Below are positions 1-9,600 of a stretch of DNA of 58,296 bases, one piece after another (the first letter of the stretch is position 1; each line of letters opens with the position of its first letter). A program made the position numbers and the translations under genes. The DNA is from Thermoplasmata archaeon (lineage in GTDB: Archaea; Thermoplasmatota; Thermoplasmata; RBG-16-68-12; EA-27): contig DATEUK010000007.1 of assembly GCA_035283165.1 (NCBI GenBank), positions 1 through 58,296 of the forward strand, given 5' to 3'. The notes below the pieces were generated by a model, which was not told where the DNA came from, did no database searches, and worked only from the letters and a program-made list of their open reading frames with translations.

Positions 1-1650
1 CGTGTTGTGGTACAACCCGTAGTCAGGGTTCGCCGGGTCCGTGAACGCGGGAATCGCGAAAGGGAGGGAGGCGAGGACGGCAGCCGCCAGACCGCGCCCC
101 ATCACGATCGTGATAGCCTGACGGTCGTCCTTGCTCTCCCGGTGAAGGCGTACGGTAACTCTGGCGGCAATGGCCCGGAGCGCCCAAATCCCAAGGAACG
201 CGAGGACGATGGCGAACGCAACGAGCCAGAAGGTGTTGTTGAGGAGGGAGAACCCGGGGAGAGGGGATCGCACCGCCCATGCCACCGCGAACGGTAACGT
301 GAACGAGAATCCGAGGAAGACGAAGAAGAACGTGCGTACGGCGAACGTGATTTCCGAATGAAACTGCTTGAACGAGTCATTGACGAAGAGCGGATTCCAC
401 ACCTTCGTCACTCCGGCAAGCCGTCGGCGCTTTCCGAGGGTTTCAGCGATTTGGTGGTGGTTTCCGAGGATGAGGCCGAACATTAGGGCGGCCATGCCTC
501 CGCTGCCACCGAGGAACTCCGTACCGGCGTACAGGACGAAAAGCGCGGCGATGGTGATCATGAAACCGAATGGCTTCTCTTGCATGCGGCTTAGGACCCG
601 AAGCCAGAGAAATCCTACCACTGCGCCGAGCACCAGGGCGACCAGAAACGCGGTCGCAATGCCGCCAATCGTTTCGGGGAGGGTTCCTCCACCGCTCAGG
701 ATGCCGATGACCGTGAGCGCACCGATGATGCAGAGCACGTCCGTGATCGTGGATTCCAGGACGAGGATCGTCCGCGAGTCCTCGCTCATGGACATTCCCC
801 GGACGAGGCCGATGACAATCGCGCCGCTCGTGCCGCCCAGGATGGTGCCCAAGAGGACGCCGACCAAGAACGGGTATCCCAGGAGCAGCATCGCGACGAA
901 CGTGACCACGAAGACCGAGCCGAACCATGTGATGCCCGTCTGGACAATCGATACGCCGGCGCGCGAGACGACCTGGCGGATGTTCAGGTTGAGCCCACCG
1001 TCGAACAGGATGATCATGAGCGCAAGAGCGGCGAAGTAGGGAGTCGCGAGCTTCAAAAGATTGAGGGGGACGAGCGTGACATTGAAGAAGGTGGCGAGGA
1101 TCGGGCCGAGGAACAACCCAAGGACGATCAGGAAGATCAGGTCGGGTACTTTCGTGCGTTCGAAGACGAGGGCGGCCAGGAAGCCGATGAAGATGATCGC
1201 CCCGACGGCGAGGAATGCGGTCCCTATGTCAACAAAGCGCACCGGAGCACTGGCAAGGACGGTTGCTCGAAAGTGCGCATGGCGACCATCATCGAGGCGA
1301 ACGACGATGTCGACGACGGCTTGCGAAGCGCGCGGGCTTCCCGGCACCGTCACGCTCGCGAGAACGCTGAGGACTTCGCCCGACCCAAGGGAGGCGTTGG
1401 CCGGGACGAGGGCCAGGACATAGTCCGGAGAGGAAACGTTCCCCGTGACGGTCACGTTGTAGTCCGTGGGCCCCACGTTGACGATGGACCAGACGAAGCT
1501 CGCATTCTGCCCGACAGAAGCCTGCTTCGTGTACTCATCGTTGGCCACGATTCGCAGATCCGAAGGGAAGGTGTCGTCCGCCACGGCCACGAGGGACCCG
1601 AGGAGGAAGGCGACCCCGAACAGGAGGACCACGGCTCCCGTTGGGCGCAT
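1..1650 (-). CDS. CPA1 (NhaP-type) Na+/H+ antiporter with an N-terminal signal peptide and a ~120-aa extracytoplasmic domain. The 3' end lies beyond the window.
   Basis: Absent from the supplied track because the frame is open to the window edge. My hand translation of the minus frame from ATG 1650-1648 is stop-free to base 1. It reads MRPTGAVVLLFGVAFLLGSLVAVADD (signal peptide), then a segment with NxS/T sequons (YNVTVTGNVSS, PANAS), then a polytopic part with NhaP-like motifs FERTKVPDLIFLIVLGLFLGP, MIILFDGGLNL and LESTITDV. Confidence 0.8.
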   Translation of the reverse strand, partial: MRPTGAVVLLFGVAFLLGSLVAVADDTFPSDLRIVANDEYTKQASVGQNASFVWSIVNVGPTDYNVTVTGNVSSPDYVLALVPANASLGSGEVLSVLASVTVPGSPRASQAVVDIVVRLDDGRHAHFRATVLASAPVRFVDIGTAFLAVGAIIFIGFLAALVFERTKVPDLIFLIVLGLFLGPILATFFNVTLVPLNLLKLATPYFAALALMIILFDGGLNLNIRQVVSRAGVSIVQTGITWFGSVFVVTFVAMLLLGYPFLVGVLLGTILGGTSGAIVIGLVRGMSMSEDSRTILVLESTITDVLCIIGALTVIGILSGGGTLPETIGGIATAFLVALVLGAVVGFLWLRVLSRMQEKPFGFMITIAALFVLYAGTEFLGGSGGMAALMFGLILGNHHQIAETLGKRRRLAGVTKVWNPLFVNDSFKQFHSEITFAVRTFFFVFLGFSFTLPFAVAWAVRSPLPGFSLLNNTFWLVAFAIVLAFLGIWALRAIAARVTVRLHRESKDDRQAITIVMGRGLAAAVLASLPFAIPAFTDPANPDYGLYHNT

Positions 1651-1670
1651 TGCTGCGGTATCCTTGCGCG

Positions 1671-1680
1671 TGTATATGAA
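1671..1680 (-). promoter_or_regulatory. TATA-like box for the CPA1 gene
   Basis: The minus strand reads TTCATATACA. It ends ~22-27 nt upstream of ATG 1650, which is leaderless-type spacing. Confidence 0.4.
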
Positions 1681-1803
1681 CAGCCACGCGGCCATTGCTC
1701 CGGGTGAAGGACGCGCACTCGGCGGCGGGGAAAATCCGGCTCGCACGCACGTCGTCCTCTCGGGGTCCATGGAGCGAGTCTCAAGAACAAGGCGGAACCG
1801 AAT

Positions 1804-1812
1804 CATTTATTG
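1804..1812 (+). promoter_or_regulatory. TATA-like box for the CPA2 gene
   Basis: CATTTATTG lies ~27-30 nt upstream of ATG 1835. Confidence 0.4.
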
Positions 1813-1834
1813 CCATCCCACGGTTGCGGCACCG

Positions 1835-3109
1835 ATGGCGGCGACCCCGAGCGAGGTGTTCCTCCAGCTCACCGTCCTCCTCCTCGTCGCCGTGGTGGCC
1901 CACTTCGTCATCAAGCGATTTCGCCAGCCCACGATCATCGGGGAAATCGGGATCGGCGTCGTCCTCGGCCCCACGCTCGCCGTCCCCGTGCTGAAAACCG
2001 TGGGACTCCTTCCGCCGAGCGCGACGGGGCTCTTCGACCCCCAGCTGATCACCCTCTTCGCGAGCCTCGGGGCGATCTTCCTCCTCTTCCTGATCGGACT
2101 GGAGACGGACGTGAAGGCGATCTACCAGAGAAAGAACGTGCTCGTCGCGGTCGGCGGCGTCGTCCTGCCTTGGCTCCTGGGCTTCCTGGTCGCGTACCTG
2201 ATGCTCCCTGCGACGGACCTGCTCGCGAGCCCGTTCGTCACCGCCACGTTCGTCGGGGCCACCCTTGTCGCGACGAGCACCGCCATCGCCGCTTCTATCC
2301 TGCTGGAGCTCGGGATGATCCGCTCGAATGTCGCGTCGACGATCATGGGGGCCGTCATCGTCGACGACATCCTGGGTCTCCTCGTCCTCTCGCTGTCGCT
2401 GGGGGTCGCGGAGGGCGCCGTCGACGTCTTCCGCCTCGCCCTCCTCGTCGGGACCGCGGTCGCCTTCATCGCCGTGACGATCTACCTCGGCACGCGGTAC
2501 TTCGCCCGCTTCGTCGTCTGGCTGCACGGGAAGGCTGTCCGGTCGGGCCTCCGGACGGCGGGGTTCATGGTCGCGATCGCCGTCGCCTTCTCCTTCGCCT
2601 TCCTCGCGGAGGTGATCGGGCTCTCCGCCGTGATCGGGGCCTTCCTGGCGGGGGCGATGTTTAGCAGCACGACTCTCCGTCACGATTTCCTGGAGGGGAT
2701 TCAATACCTAGGGGCGATCTTCACCCCGGTGTTCTTCATCTCCCTCGGCCTCCTGGTCGACGCCTGGACGCTCAACCAGGGCCTCCTCCTGTTTGGCGGC
2801 GTCCTCCTGGCCGTCGCCTTCGTTTCGAAGCTCGCCGGGTGCGGACTGATGGCCCGTGCGACAGGAATGGCCCGCGGCGAAAGCTTGGCGGTCGGGTACG
2901 CGATGATCCCGCGCGGGGAGGTCGGTCTCATCATCGCGGTCGTCGCGAGGCAACAGGGTATCATCGGCCCCGACCTCTTCGCGATCATCGTGATCGTCAT
3001 GATCCTGGTCTCGGTCCTGCCCGCGCCTCTCATCCGGAGGTCCCTGCTCCGGGTCCGCGATTCCCAGGCGACCGCCTCGCCCTCCGCGTCCTCGGTCGTT
3101 CCCCCCTAG
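1835..3109 (+). CDS. CPA2 (Kef/NapA-type) monovalent cation:proton antiporter, membrane domain only
   Basis: In-frame ATG inside track ORF 1466..3109. It begins MAATPSEVFLQLTVLLLVAVVAHFVIKRFRQPTIIGEIGIGVVLGPT, a typical Kef-type N-terminus. About 12 hydrophobic spans follow. No KTN/RCK domain is present. Confidence 0.85.
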   Translation: MAATPSEVFLQLTVLLLVAVVAHFVIKRFRQPTIIGEIGIGVVLGPTLAVPVLKTVGLLPPSATGLFDPQLITLFASLGAIFLLFLIGLETDVKAIYQRKNVLVAVGGVVLPWLLGFLVAYLMLPATDLLASPFVTATFVGATLVATSTAIAASILLELGMIRSNVASTIMGAVIVDDILGLLVLSLSLGVAEGAVDVFRLALLVGTAVAFIAVTIYLGTRYFARFVVWLHGKAVRSGLRTAGFMVAIAVAFSFAFLAEVIGLSAVIGAFLAGAMFSSTTLRHDFLEGIQYLGAIFTPVFFISLGLLVDAWTLNQGLLLFGGVLLAVAFVSKLAGCGLMARATGMARGESLAVGYAMIPRGEVGLIIAVVARQQGIIGPDLFAIIVIVMILVSVLPAPLIRRSLLRVRDSQATASPSASSVVPP

Positions 3110-3110
3110 A

Positions 3111-3827
3111 TTACCCTTGGGCCCGCGCGAGGCTCTCGACGCGCCCGAACTCCAGCAGACCTAGCGCGTCGTCGATCCCGTAGACCCGCGCGTCGGATAG
3201 GTCTCGGTTCGCGAGGAGGGGCGACATCCTCGGACCCTCCGTCACGTCGACCCCGAGCGCGAGCGGCGAGAACGCCGGGAGGAGGATCGTGTCCGGTTGG
3301 ACGACGAAGGCCGGGAGGGACATCACCGCCCCGAGGTCGTCTCGCAGCTTGACCGCGGGGTGCTCGTGGCCCAGGACGATCGGGCCCGAGACGCCGGGGT
3401 CGTCGTGGCCGTGGACGAACGTGAAGCCGGCGCACGTGTATTTCCGCTTCAGGTCGAGTCCTCTCTTCGAAAGGATCTGCATCAGGTAGTTGTCGTGGTT
3501 TCCCCGGACAAGCACGGGAGTCGTGCGCGCGTGCAGGAAGTCGAGCACGTCCTGGACGTCCTTCCATTCCTCCTCGAGGTTCCGGGAGAACTCGTGCTTG
3601 AAGTCCCCGTTCACGATGACCGTCTCCGGCGCGCAACGGTCGAGGAGCCGCCCGAGCCGCTCGAGCATCACGCGCTTCTGCCGGCGCGGGATCGCGACGC
3701 CCGCCTCCTGCATCGCGCCCTCGTACCCGAGGTGGAGGTCGCTGATCGCGAGCGTCTTCTCCCGGGGGAACCACAGCGCGTAGTCGCGCGTGACGTGCAC
3801 TCCAGGAAGGACTTCGATCGCGTCCAC
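3111..3827 (-). CDS. Calcineurin-like metallophosphoesterase (archaeal SbcD-related / MJ0037-like)
   Basis: Motifs ISDLHLGYE, VNGDFKH, VRGNHD, FVHGH and GHEHP. The long track ORF (to 4124) overlaps the PP2C gene. The only in-frame start downstream of the PP2C stop is GTG at 3827-3825 (MDAIEVLPG...). Confidence 0.8.
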   Translation of the reverse strand: MDAIEVLPGVHVTRDYALWFPREKTLAISDLHLGYEGAMQEAGVAIPRRQKRVMLERLGRLLDRCAPETVIVNGDFKHEFSRNLEEEWKDVQDVLDFLHARTTPVLVRGNHDNYLMQILSKRGLDLKRKYTCAGFTFVHGHDDPGVSGPIVLGHEHPAVKLRDDLGAVMSLPAFVVQPDTILLPAFSPLALGVDVTEGPRMSPLLANRDLSDARVYGIDDALGLLEFGRVESLARAQG

Positions 3828-3850
3828 GACCCTCGATGGGCGGTCCCGCG

Positions 3851-4600
3851 TTAAAGGTCCCCTCGCGCCAAGCGGATCGCGATGACGCTCACGTTGTCGT
3901 CGTTCTTCTCCAGGGCGGACGCCCGGATGCGGTCCGCCGCGGATTGGGCGGTCGTCTCGCCGCGGGCCAAGTCCGCGACCGCCTCCGGGGTCAGCCCGTC
4001 CCACACCCCGTCGGACCCGAGGATCAGCCATTCGTCCTCCGCCCCCAGGATCCGCTCGGACACGTCCGGCTCCGGGATGATCCCGATGCGCCGGAACGGG
4101 CGGTCCCCGAGGGATCTCGTGCACACGAGGCCCTTCCCCCAGGGGAGGACGGCGTAGGGACCCATGACCCGCCCGCCCGCGGCCACGATGCGCCGGTACT
4201 CGCCCTCGTTCGTCAGGCGATGGTCCCTCGTGAGGAGGCCGACGCCCGCCTTCGAGATGAGGGCTACATGGCTGTCCCCGGCGTTCCCGACGGTCAGCGC
4301 GTCCCCCTGGAGGACGAGGACCGCGGCGGTCGCGCCCGACCCCTCCGAGGCGACCCGCTCGTCGAACGTTCGGAACGTGCTCCGGATCGCCTCGTCAACC
4401 GGCCGTTCCAGCCCGAGTTCCTCCGCGAGGATCCCGTGGAGTTCCTCGGAGGCCCGGCGGGACACCCCATCCCCGTTGTGGCCGTCGAACACGCCCGCGT
4501 ACAGCCAGCCCTCGCGTCCCGCGAAGGAGGGTTCCACGCGGACGAAGTCCTCCATGTAGTGCCGTCCGCCTTGGTCCGTGGCCGCCGCCGTCTCGAGCAC
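3851..4600 (-). CDS. PP2C/PPM-family Ser/Thr protein phosphatase
   Basis: GGRHYMEDF, GVFDGHNG, GNAGDSH, RSLGD, LGSDGVWD and DNVSVI are the classic PPM motifs. GTG start at 4600. Confidence 0.9.
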   Translation of the reverse strand: MLETAAATDQGGRHYMEDFVRVEPSFAGREGWLYAGVFDGHNGDGVSRRASEELHGILAEELGLERPVDEAIRSTFRTFDERVASEGSGATAAVLVLQGDALTVGNAGDSHVALISKAGVGLLTRDHRLTNEGEYRRIVAAGGRVMGPYAVLPWGKGLVCTRSLGDRPFRRIGIIPEPDVSERILGAEDEWLILGSDGVWDGLTPEAVADLARGETTAQSAADRIRASALEKNDDNVSVIAIRLARGDL

Positions 4601-4684
4601 GCGAGTAAATCGCTTCCCGCCTTAAGGCCCACGGTGGGCGGCCCACGCGAAGGCCTTTTCACGGGGGGTGGCGTTGCCCTCCTC

Positions 4685-6055
4685 ATGAAGCCGGGGGAGC
4701 AGGACGCGGTGTTCCGTTACGTGGACGAGCGCTTCGACGACTTTCTCGCGGACCTCACGGCCTACGCGAGCGTTCCGACGATTTCGGCGCAGGGCAAGGG
4801 GTTCGGGGAGGGCGCGGCCGCCACCGTGCGGCTCCTCGGTCGCCACGGGGTCGTCGCGCGCCGCTTGCCGGTCGCGAACGGGCCCGATCTCGTGGTCGGA
4901 AACGTCGTGGAGGATCCCGAGCTACCCACCCTGGCGATGTACAACCACTACGACGTGCAGCCCGTCGATCCGATCCACGAGTGGGAGTCCGAACCGTTCC
5001 GGCCGGAGGTGCGGGACGGCGCGCTGTACGGGCGGGGCGTCGCGGACACGAAGGGCAACACAGCGTCCCAGTGCCTCGCGCTTGCGGCGATCCGGGAGAC
5101 CGTCGGGTCTCTTCCGGTGAACCTGCGGTTCGTCGTCGAGGGCGAGGAGGAGATGGGCAGCCCCCACCTGCTCCCGTTCGCGGACGCGCACCCGGAGGTC
5201 TTCCGCGCGGACGGTGCCACGATCGAGGGCGGCGACCACAACGAGGCCGGCATCCCGATCTTCTACATGGGTTCGAAGGGGATCCTGAGCGTGGAGATGA
5301 CCGTCCGGACGGCGGCGGTGGACCAGCACTCCTCGATTGCGACCGTCGTGCCGAACGCCGCCTGGCGGTTGATCCACGCGCTGAACACGCTCCGGGACGC
5401 GGACGGCCGGATCACGATCAAGGGATTCTACGACGGGGCCCAGAAGCCGATGAGGGAGGAACTCGCGTACCTCCGGAGGAACACGTGGGATCCGAAGGAT
5501 TGGGAGCGGACGTACGGCACGAAACTGCTCGTACAGGGCACGCGGCTCGACCGCCAGAAGGCGTACGTGTACCGGAACACGTGCACGATCGACGGGTTTT
5601 GGTCGGGCTACACAGGCGAGGGCCACAAGACCGTGAACCCGGCGGTCGCGCACGCGAAGATCGACTTCCGCCTCATTCCAGGGCAACGGCCGGAGGCGAT
5701 CTACAAGAAGCTCCTCGCCCACCTGAAGGCAAAGGGGTTCAAGGATGTCGCGGTCGAGAAGCATTCCGTGTTCGAGCCCGCCGCCACGCCCGCGACTGCC
5801 GGGATTTCCCAGGCGATCGTCGCCGCCACGAAGCAGGTCTACGGGCGAGAGCCGAACATGCTCCCGTGGATGGCGGGCTCGTCCACGACCTGGTACTTCA
5901 CGCGGGTCGGGACGCCCGCCGTCGCCGGTCCCGGGGTCGGCTGGACCGGGGAGCGCATCCACGCGCCGAACGAGAACATCCGGCTCGCAGACGCGAGGAA
6001 CGCGATCAAGACGACGGCGGCGATGGTCTTGGAGTTCGCGACTCGTGCACGTTGA
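4685..6055 (+). CDS. M20-family metallopeptidase (dipeptidase / ArgE-DapE-like)
   Basis: ATG 4685 lies inside track ORF 3836..6055; the upstream part of that ORF is antisense to PP2C. Motifs NHYDVQP, RGVADTKGN, EGEEEMGS and HAPNENI. Confidence 0.85.
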   Translation: MKPGEQDAVFRYVDERFDDFLADLTAYASVPTISAQGKGFGEGAAATVRLLGRHGVVARRLPVANGPDLVVGNVVEDPELPTLAMYNHYDVQPVDPIHEWESEPFRPEVRDGALYGRGVADTKGNTASQCLALAAIRETVGSLPVNLRFVVEGEEEMGSPHLLPFADAHPEVFRADGATIEGGDHNEAGIPIFYMGSKGILSVEMTVRTAAVDQHSSIATVVPNAAWRLIHALNTLRDADGRITIKGFYDGAQKPMREELAYLRRNTWDPKDWERTYGTKLLVQGTRLDRQKAYVYRNTCTIDGFWSGYTGEGHKTVNPAVAHAKIDFRLIPGQRPEAIYKKLLAHLKAKGFKDVAVEKHSVFEPAATPATAGISQAIVAATKQVYGREPNMLPWMAGSSTTWYFTRVGTPAVAGPGVGWTGERIHAPNENIRLADARNAIKTTAAMVLEFATRAR

Positions 6056-6694
6056 ATCTGCTTCCGAGGACACGGATTATCCCTCCCCACAGCTCGTCCG
6101 CGTCCACCGCGTCCAAGACAGATCTGAGGCGCTCTATCCATCGGTTCGCCTCAGGCCGTTCGTCCGCACGATCGCGAGAGGACAGCCTCGTCGCCATGAG
6201 TCACCCTGCGTGCCGAGATCGAACGATCCTAACTGGGTCGAAATGGACGCAACCTCGACGAGGGGTCCTTCCTGGACAACGATCATGCCGAATTCGCAGG
6301 CCGGGCAGACCGCACGGTCCGAATGTGACGCAGGACGGCGGATCCGGTTCGCCGCAAGCTTGAAATAACCTGGGGAATCCGTCCCAATCTTCCCTTGTAC
6401 CTCCAAGCTTCTCCTCGCCCGAGGCGATTACGTGTCAGACCTCAATGGAATAGGGTGGATCGCATTCGGACGTGGGAGGGCCCCAGGTGCGATCGGATCG
6501 GCCGGGGCGCTCCTCCGGCCGCTGCGCACGGTCCCTGTTGGCTGCGGGGTTCCGACGCACGCCGATGATGTCCAGGTTGCCATCGATCCCGTCCGGGGCG
6601 CCATTCCCGTGTGGAAGCAGTCAGACGCGACGACCGTCCGTGTCAGCGCTAACGTACTATACTCCAGGAACCTCTACCTCCCCCGGGGTGCCCT

Positions 6695-9600
6695 ATGAGG
6701 AGAGTCGGTCCGACGGCGGTCGTGGGCCTTCTCGTCCTCGGCGGCTTGTTGGGCGTCCTCACACTCTCCTCGCGAGTTGCAACGGCAAACACCCTTTACG
6801 TCGGCGGCGGAGGTCCGGGAAACTACACGAGCATCCAGGCAGCGGTGAACGCCGCGTTCCCCGGGGACACGGTGTTCGTTTACAGCGGTAACTACACGGA
6901 GAATGTGACCGTGACCAAGACCTTGAACCTCGTGGGTGAAGGCATGGAGACGACCTTTCTCCACGGCGCTGGAGCGTATTATACCCTTAACGTGGGGGCG
7001 GACTGGGTGAATGTCACGGGGCTCAGCGTGGTTGGGGGTGTGGCATATGAAACCGTCTTTGGCATAGGGATGAGTGGCCATCACAATAGGATCTTTCGCA
7101 ACAACGCCTCCATCCGTTTTGATGCGACCCTGTGGGCGTACACCACAATCACGGACAACGTAATCCACCGGATCTCACGCGAGAGTAGCGCCTTTGTCCA
7201 TCCTGGCCTTCAGGTCCGTTCTTCATCATTCGTCACCATTGACGCTAACACCTTTCCCGACAGCGGAATCGACCTATGGGACTCAACCGACGTTACCATC
7301 ACCGCCAACAACTTCACCTCGGTCGCGGATGTCAGCGCGGGCGTTGGTTTCGGGCCCCTCAGTCAATGGGTACATGGTTCCCTCGCCAACCATAACTCCC
7401 ACACCATCACGCCAGACAACCTGGTCAACGGGAAGCCCCTCTACTACCACAAGAACTGCAGTGGCCTCACCGTGGATGGCGTCCCACTGGGACAACTGAT
7501 CGTGGTGAATTGCACCGCTGTGCAGATCTCCCATCTCCAGCTGGCGAATCCCGCACCGCCAATCTACGTGGCCTATTCCAACGGAGTGAACATCTCCACC
7601 AGCAACGTCGCCTCATACATCCTTTCCTTGCAGTCCTCCGACCTCTCCATTGTCAGCAATACCGTAGGCTTCATCTCCCTTTGGTATACTACCAACGCCC
7701 GTCTCATCGCCAACTACATCGACTTCGGTACCGATGTCGCCATTAGCTCCAGCGTCGTCATCAGCGGTAACATCATCTACGATGGATCTGTCCGTTTACA
7801 TTGGTGCAATGACATCCAGGTTACGGATAACCACATCACCAGCTCTGACTTCGCTGCGATCGAGGTCGGCGGGCCGGGTCCCTGGGGATACCGTACTTGT
7901 TCGAATGTCGTCATCCTTCGGAACACACTCGAGAGCAACTATGTGATTTATTACATCATCAGCGTCACATTGGGCTCCTCCATCCTGACCGTGCACCACA
8001 ATAACATTGGCACGACCCAGGGCGGGGGTTATGGGACCGTTTCAGATGAAGGATCCGGAACTACTTGGGACGACGGGTACCCCAGCGGGGGTAACCATTG
8101 GTGGGATTACACCGGCGTGGATCTGCTCAGCGGTCCGAACCAGGATCTGCCGGGGACCGACGGCATCGGCGACACTCCCTATGTGATCGACTCCGACTCG
8201 ATTGACCGATATCCCCTGATGAGCCCGATGGTTCCTGGTACAATGCCCGTCCTCTCCGCGACAGGCGAGCCGAACTACGGGACGGACGGTGTGGACCCGG
8301 AGACGGGCACCCTCGGAGCGACGTTCACGTACCGCGTGAGCTACCTCGACGCGGACAACGACTTTCCCCTGGCGGGCGACCCGAAGGTCCACATCCGGAA
8401 GGGCAGCGTCGAGATCGCCGGCAGCCCCTTCACCATGACCGCCGTCGACCCGCTCGACGCGGACGTCACGGACGGGAAGCTGTACACCTACACGACGACC
8501 CTCACCTCACGTGGCACCGACTACACCTACGAGTTCACCGCCAGCGACGCCGTGGGGCTCGCCGCGGCGGACTGGCCCGCCCCGCCCGCGGACGCGCCGG
8601 ACGTGCTGAACCGCCCCCCGACCGCGGACGCGGGACCCGACCAGAACGTGCCCAAGGGGACCCTCGTCACGCTGGACGGTGCGCTCTCCAGAGACCCGGA
8701 CAACGACCCTCTCTCCTACACGTGGGCCGCCCCGCCGGGCATCGCCCTCTCCAGCGCGAACGTCCCCATGCCGACCTTCACCGCCACGCGGACCGGCACG
8801 TTCCCCTTCACCCTCACCGTGGACGACGGCGACCCCGCCAATGGCACAGACACCGACACGGTCGTCATCACGGTCTGGGGCCTGCCGCCGGTGGCGAACC
8901 TCACCGCGGATCGGATGCGCGCGAACGTCGGCGGGGCCTTCCTCTTCAGCGGCGCGGGGTCCACCGACGCGGACGGCAGCATCGCTGCCTACCTCTTCGA
9001 GTTCGCGGACGGCACGGACCAGACCGGCGGGAGCGACACCGCCATGCACGCGTACGCCGCGCCGGGGAGCTACGTCGTGCGCCTCACCGTTTGGGACGAT
9101 GACGGGAACGCGAGCGCCGCCGACACGCTGACGGTCACCGTCAATGCACCGCCGGTCGCCTCGGGCACGGTGACCCCCGCGTCGGGCACGCTGGCGACAA
9201 CGTTCACATTCACGAGCACCTCCACGGACTCCGACGGGACGATCGTCACGACCTCCTGGGACTTTGGGGACGGCGCGACGGACTCCGGGACGCCGGTCAC
9301 GCACGCCTACGCGACGCGCCAGACGTTCACGGTCACCCTCACGGTCTGGGACGACGACGGCGCCACCGCCACGTCTACCCTTTCGGTGTCCGTCGGGAAC
9401 CTCCCACCGACGGCTGCGTTTGCGGTCACCCCGGCCTCCGGGGACGTGGCCACCGAGTTCACGTTCGACGGATCCGCCTCCACGGACGACGGCACGATCG
9501 TCGCCTACGCCTGGGACTTCGGAGACGGGACGACGGGCTCGGGGGTCGTCGTGACCCACCGGTACTCGCGCAACGGATCGTTCGCGGTCACTCTTACCGT

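Noticed and set aside
3836-4684. An N-terminal 283-codon extension of the M20 peptidase ORF. The same issue applies to 25179-25604 for the cyclophilin ORF, 32468-33160 for PAP2 and 9745-10314 for the small ORF.
   Set aside because: These extensions run antisense through well-supported genes on the other strand (PP2C, UbiD, EndoIII-like, or the giant gene tail) and have shadow-type composition. Internal starts with TATA spacing fit better.
6134-6406. A 90-aa minus-strand ORF in the long intergenic gap (MEVQGKIGTDSPGYFKLAAN...CPACEF...).
   Set aside because: Third-position G+C is only moderate compared with real genes here. It has a single CxxC, no recognisable family and no obvious promoter spacing. 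I kept it only as a remark in the finding on the gap.
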